This document shows, piece after piece, positions 62,021 to 64,000 of a stretch of 64,000 nucleotides of DNA. The notes under the pieces are model-generated. The model did not search any database, had not been told where the DNA came from, and worked only from the letters and a program-made list of their open reading frames with translations. The DNA is taken from NCBI GenBank assembly GCA_002633005.1, contig NMRA01000277.1:429152-493151 (forward strand). Reading direction: 5' to 3'. The stretch's first letter is position 1. The number at the start of each line of letters is the position of its first letter. The stretch comes from Phoronis australis. Its lineage: Eukaryota > Animalia > Phoronida. A program made the position numbers and the translations under genes.

Positions 62021-62467
62021 CAGGGCTTGGAACTACCAATGACAAAAAACGCGGAAACTTTTACGGCCCAAAACATGCGCGCTACCCAGCCTTGAAATAG
62101 TCGATGTGAACCTTTCGCCGACAAAAATCGGTAGGACTTAAAAAAAAACGTTACCCCCACACATTTTTGGCTGCAAAGCCGTAGTATTTGTCACCGTGGT
62201 TTACAATCACACGAGACGCCATTGAAAATCCCACCACGCTATCCCAGATGCCCCGGCAATGTTGGCAATTTACGTTCCTCCGAAACATAAAGAGCAACTT
62301 CTGCTTTTCGAGGTGAACGTCGTCGGCAACGCCGCGGTAAGAAATGAATTTGCCGCGGAAATTTTATATCAAATCCGATATTTTTACGCGGAAATATAAT
62401 AAAATGCGCGGACAGAACATTTGAAAAAAGCAGAAATCTGCTTTTCCGCGGAAAATTCCAAGCCCTG
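62021..62467. mobile_element. hAT-like non-autonomous element with 6-bp TSD in MIGA intron
   Basis: TIR cagggcttggaa...ttccaagccctg; gtaaat at 62015-62020 and 62468-62473; subterminal CGCGGAAA repeats. Confidence 0.85.
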
Positions 62468-63070
62468 GTAAATAGCATAAAATTCAAGAGTCGTTGTGTA
62501 ATTCTGAACGATTGCATTAAACCACAAAACAATATGAAATCAGAGTTCCCCCTGGTTGCCAAGTAAAATAAAAGGATGTGGGTGAAGTGCAATTGTTGGA
62601 TTCACGCAATTCACATCATAACAACATGGGAGATAATAACTTACAGGGGTCCCGCATTTTGAGAACAAGTTTGACGCTCATTATTCAGTGAAGAAAAATG
62701 GCCAGGGAGACTTCCTGTGCACTGTATTAATTGATATATAATGGATAGACAAACTGAGCTAAATAATCAAAATAACATCTCGTTACCAGGCACGTGAAGT
62801 CATACCACTCCAAGTATCATTTTTTAAGAGTTCAATACATCTCCTGTCATCAGTTGTGTAAAATTCACACGTTAAAAGGTAGTCACGATAATAGTGGGCC
62901 CATCCCTGGTGAACAATGACAGTTTCAAGATATGGCACAGCGACAAACAAACTACAACTTTGCGATGGTACAGTGCCTTCAGCTATTCAGTCAGCAAGTA
63001 TATTGATGTAACAGCTGCAGAGATATTCTGAACTTGATATCCTGTCCAACATTTTACAGGTTAGTCATAC

Positions 63071-63157
63071 CTTCTCTGCATGCACCAAGAGACCTGCGAT
63101 CATTTGGCGACCGCTATCACAGAAGTAGCTCCTGATTGTTTCATCTTTGAACATCTC
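63071..63157 (-). CDS. MIGA: Mitoguardin exon
   Basis: EMFKDETIRSYFCDSGRQMIAGLLVHAEK; ttgcag acceptor, gtatga donor, 29 codons. Confidence 0.9.
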
Positions 63158-63716
63158 CTGCAAAACAAGAAGACAAGCTCAATATGAAGTAATAAGCAAG
63201 GGGTAAATGGTCATCAAACTCCTTCTGCCCGTGGGAAGCGAACTGTTGCCTGTGGCAAGTGAACGCCTGCTACCCTGTGGCCCTTGAATGTTTGCTGCTC
63301 ACAAATAACCTAGCCTAGAAAACACTGGTTCTCAATATCACCAACCATTCATTTTGCGTATCACCTCAAATTTGGCGAACGTGCTCTTCCAAAGTTGGAA
63401 ACTTGCCATACATTCCATATCCAATGTGGATTTCACCTCCTGTATGCATAGTGTCTGGGACAAGACAAAGTCATCTGTTCTTTCAGATGTTTTTATGAAC
63501 CATATAAATGATTACCCACACAGTGTGCACTGGACCCAGTTCCCATCACCTACATGCATCTACTTCATCAACAAAGTCATGCCTTATCATCATTTATGTT
63601 CAACATTTGTCCCTGAAATTGAACACTATCCTCGGTCAAACTGTCCCCATGCATAGTGTCCAGAACTACACTTTATTTATCGTATACTGTACTAACATAC
63701 TTTATATATTACTTAC

Positions 63717-63902
63717 ATTGAACGTGATCCTCAAACAATGCAGTTTGGCCAGGAACTCCGTATCGGATGAACATCCCACCATCTGAGTGCGTAGAGTACG
63801 GCACGGCACAGAGCCATGTTTCAATTCCAGAACGCCCGCCTCGTAGAATGCTAAATGCTGATAGGCTTGCTGCTGTTCATCAATGTCTGAGAGGTCGGGT
63901 AC
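63717..63902 (-). CDS. MIGA: Mitoguardin exon (gene continues beyond the window)
   Basis: VPDL...FYEAG...GSVPCRTLRTQMVGCSSDTEFLAKLHCLRITFN; ttgcag acceptor, gtaagt donor, 62 codons. Confidence 0.93.
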
Positions 63903-63918
63903 CTGCAAGTAACACAGT

Positions 63919-64000
63919 TAGCTACAGTATGACCTAATTAGCTACAGTATGACCTAATTAGCTACAGTATGACCTAATTAGCTACAGTATGACTTAATTA
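63919..64000. repeat. 20-bp minisatellite (gctacagtatgacctaatta)n
   Basis: Four copies up to the window end. Confidence 0.95.

Overview
AT-rich, intron-rich animal genomic DNA, probably a marine invertebrate bilaterian (inferred from GT-AG introns, a C345C/complement-like gene, mitoguardin and dense DNA-transposon debris); no prokaryotic features. Protein genes: the last three exons of a C345C/NTR-domain (complement C3-like) gene with an unusual tail of tandem amidated-peptide-like cassettes (47-2621, +); a divergent TOGARAM/FAM179-like TOG-domain gene reconstructed from six phase-compatible exons (31949-38108, +), probably with a large first exon at 26732; a head-to-head pair of bacterial-type PI-PLC genes without coding introns, one nearly intact (42721-43575, -) and one pseudogene (49042-50027, +); and the 3' half of mitoguardin (57785-63902, -). 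Main discovery: between 7.7 and 20.8 kb lie eight minus-strand copies (probably seven loci, two being alleles) of a 63-86 nt small-RNA gene that I do not recognise. Each has an invariant 5' decamer AAUUUCCGCG, a variable middle region, an Sm-site-like AU5-6 tract and a covarying 3' GGCA..UGCC hairpin, behind an snRNA-type promoter (TATA-like at about -30, PSE-like at -58, distal element at about -230) whose spacing is fixed to within 1-2 bp although the linkers have diverged. The rest is a decayed Helitron, LINE and Penelope-like remnants, THAP-bearing elements, hAT/Harbinger MITEs, minisatellites, a 438-bp N gap and two probable haplotype-induced false duplications. All family assignments are from motif recognition by eye; no database search was run.
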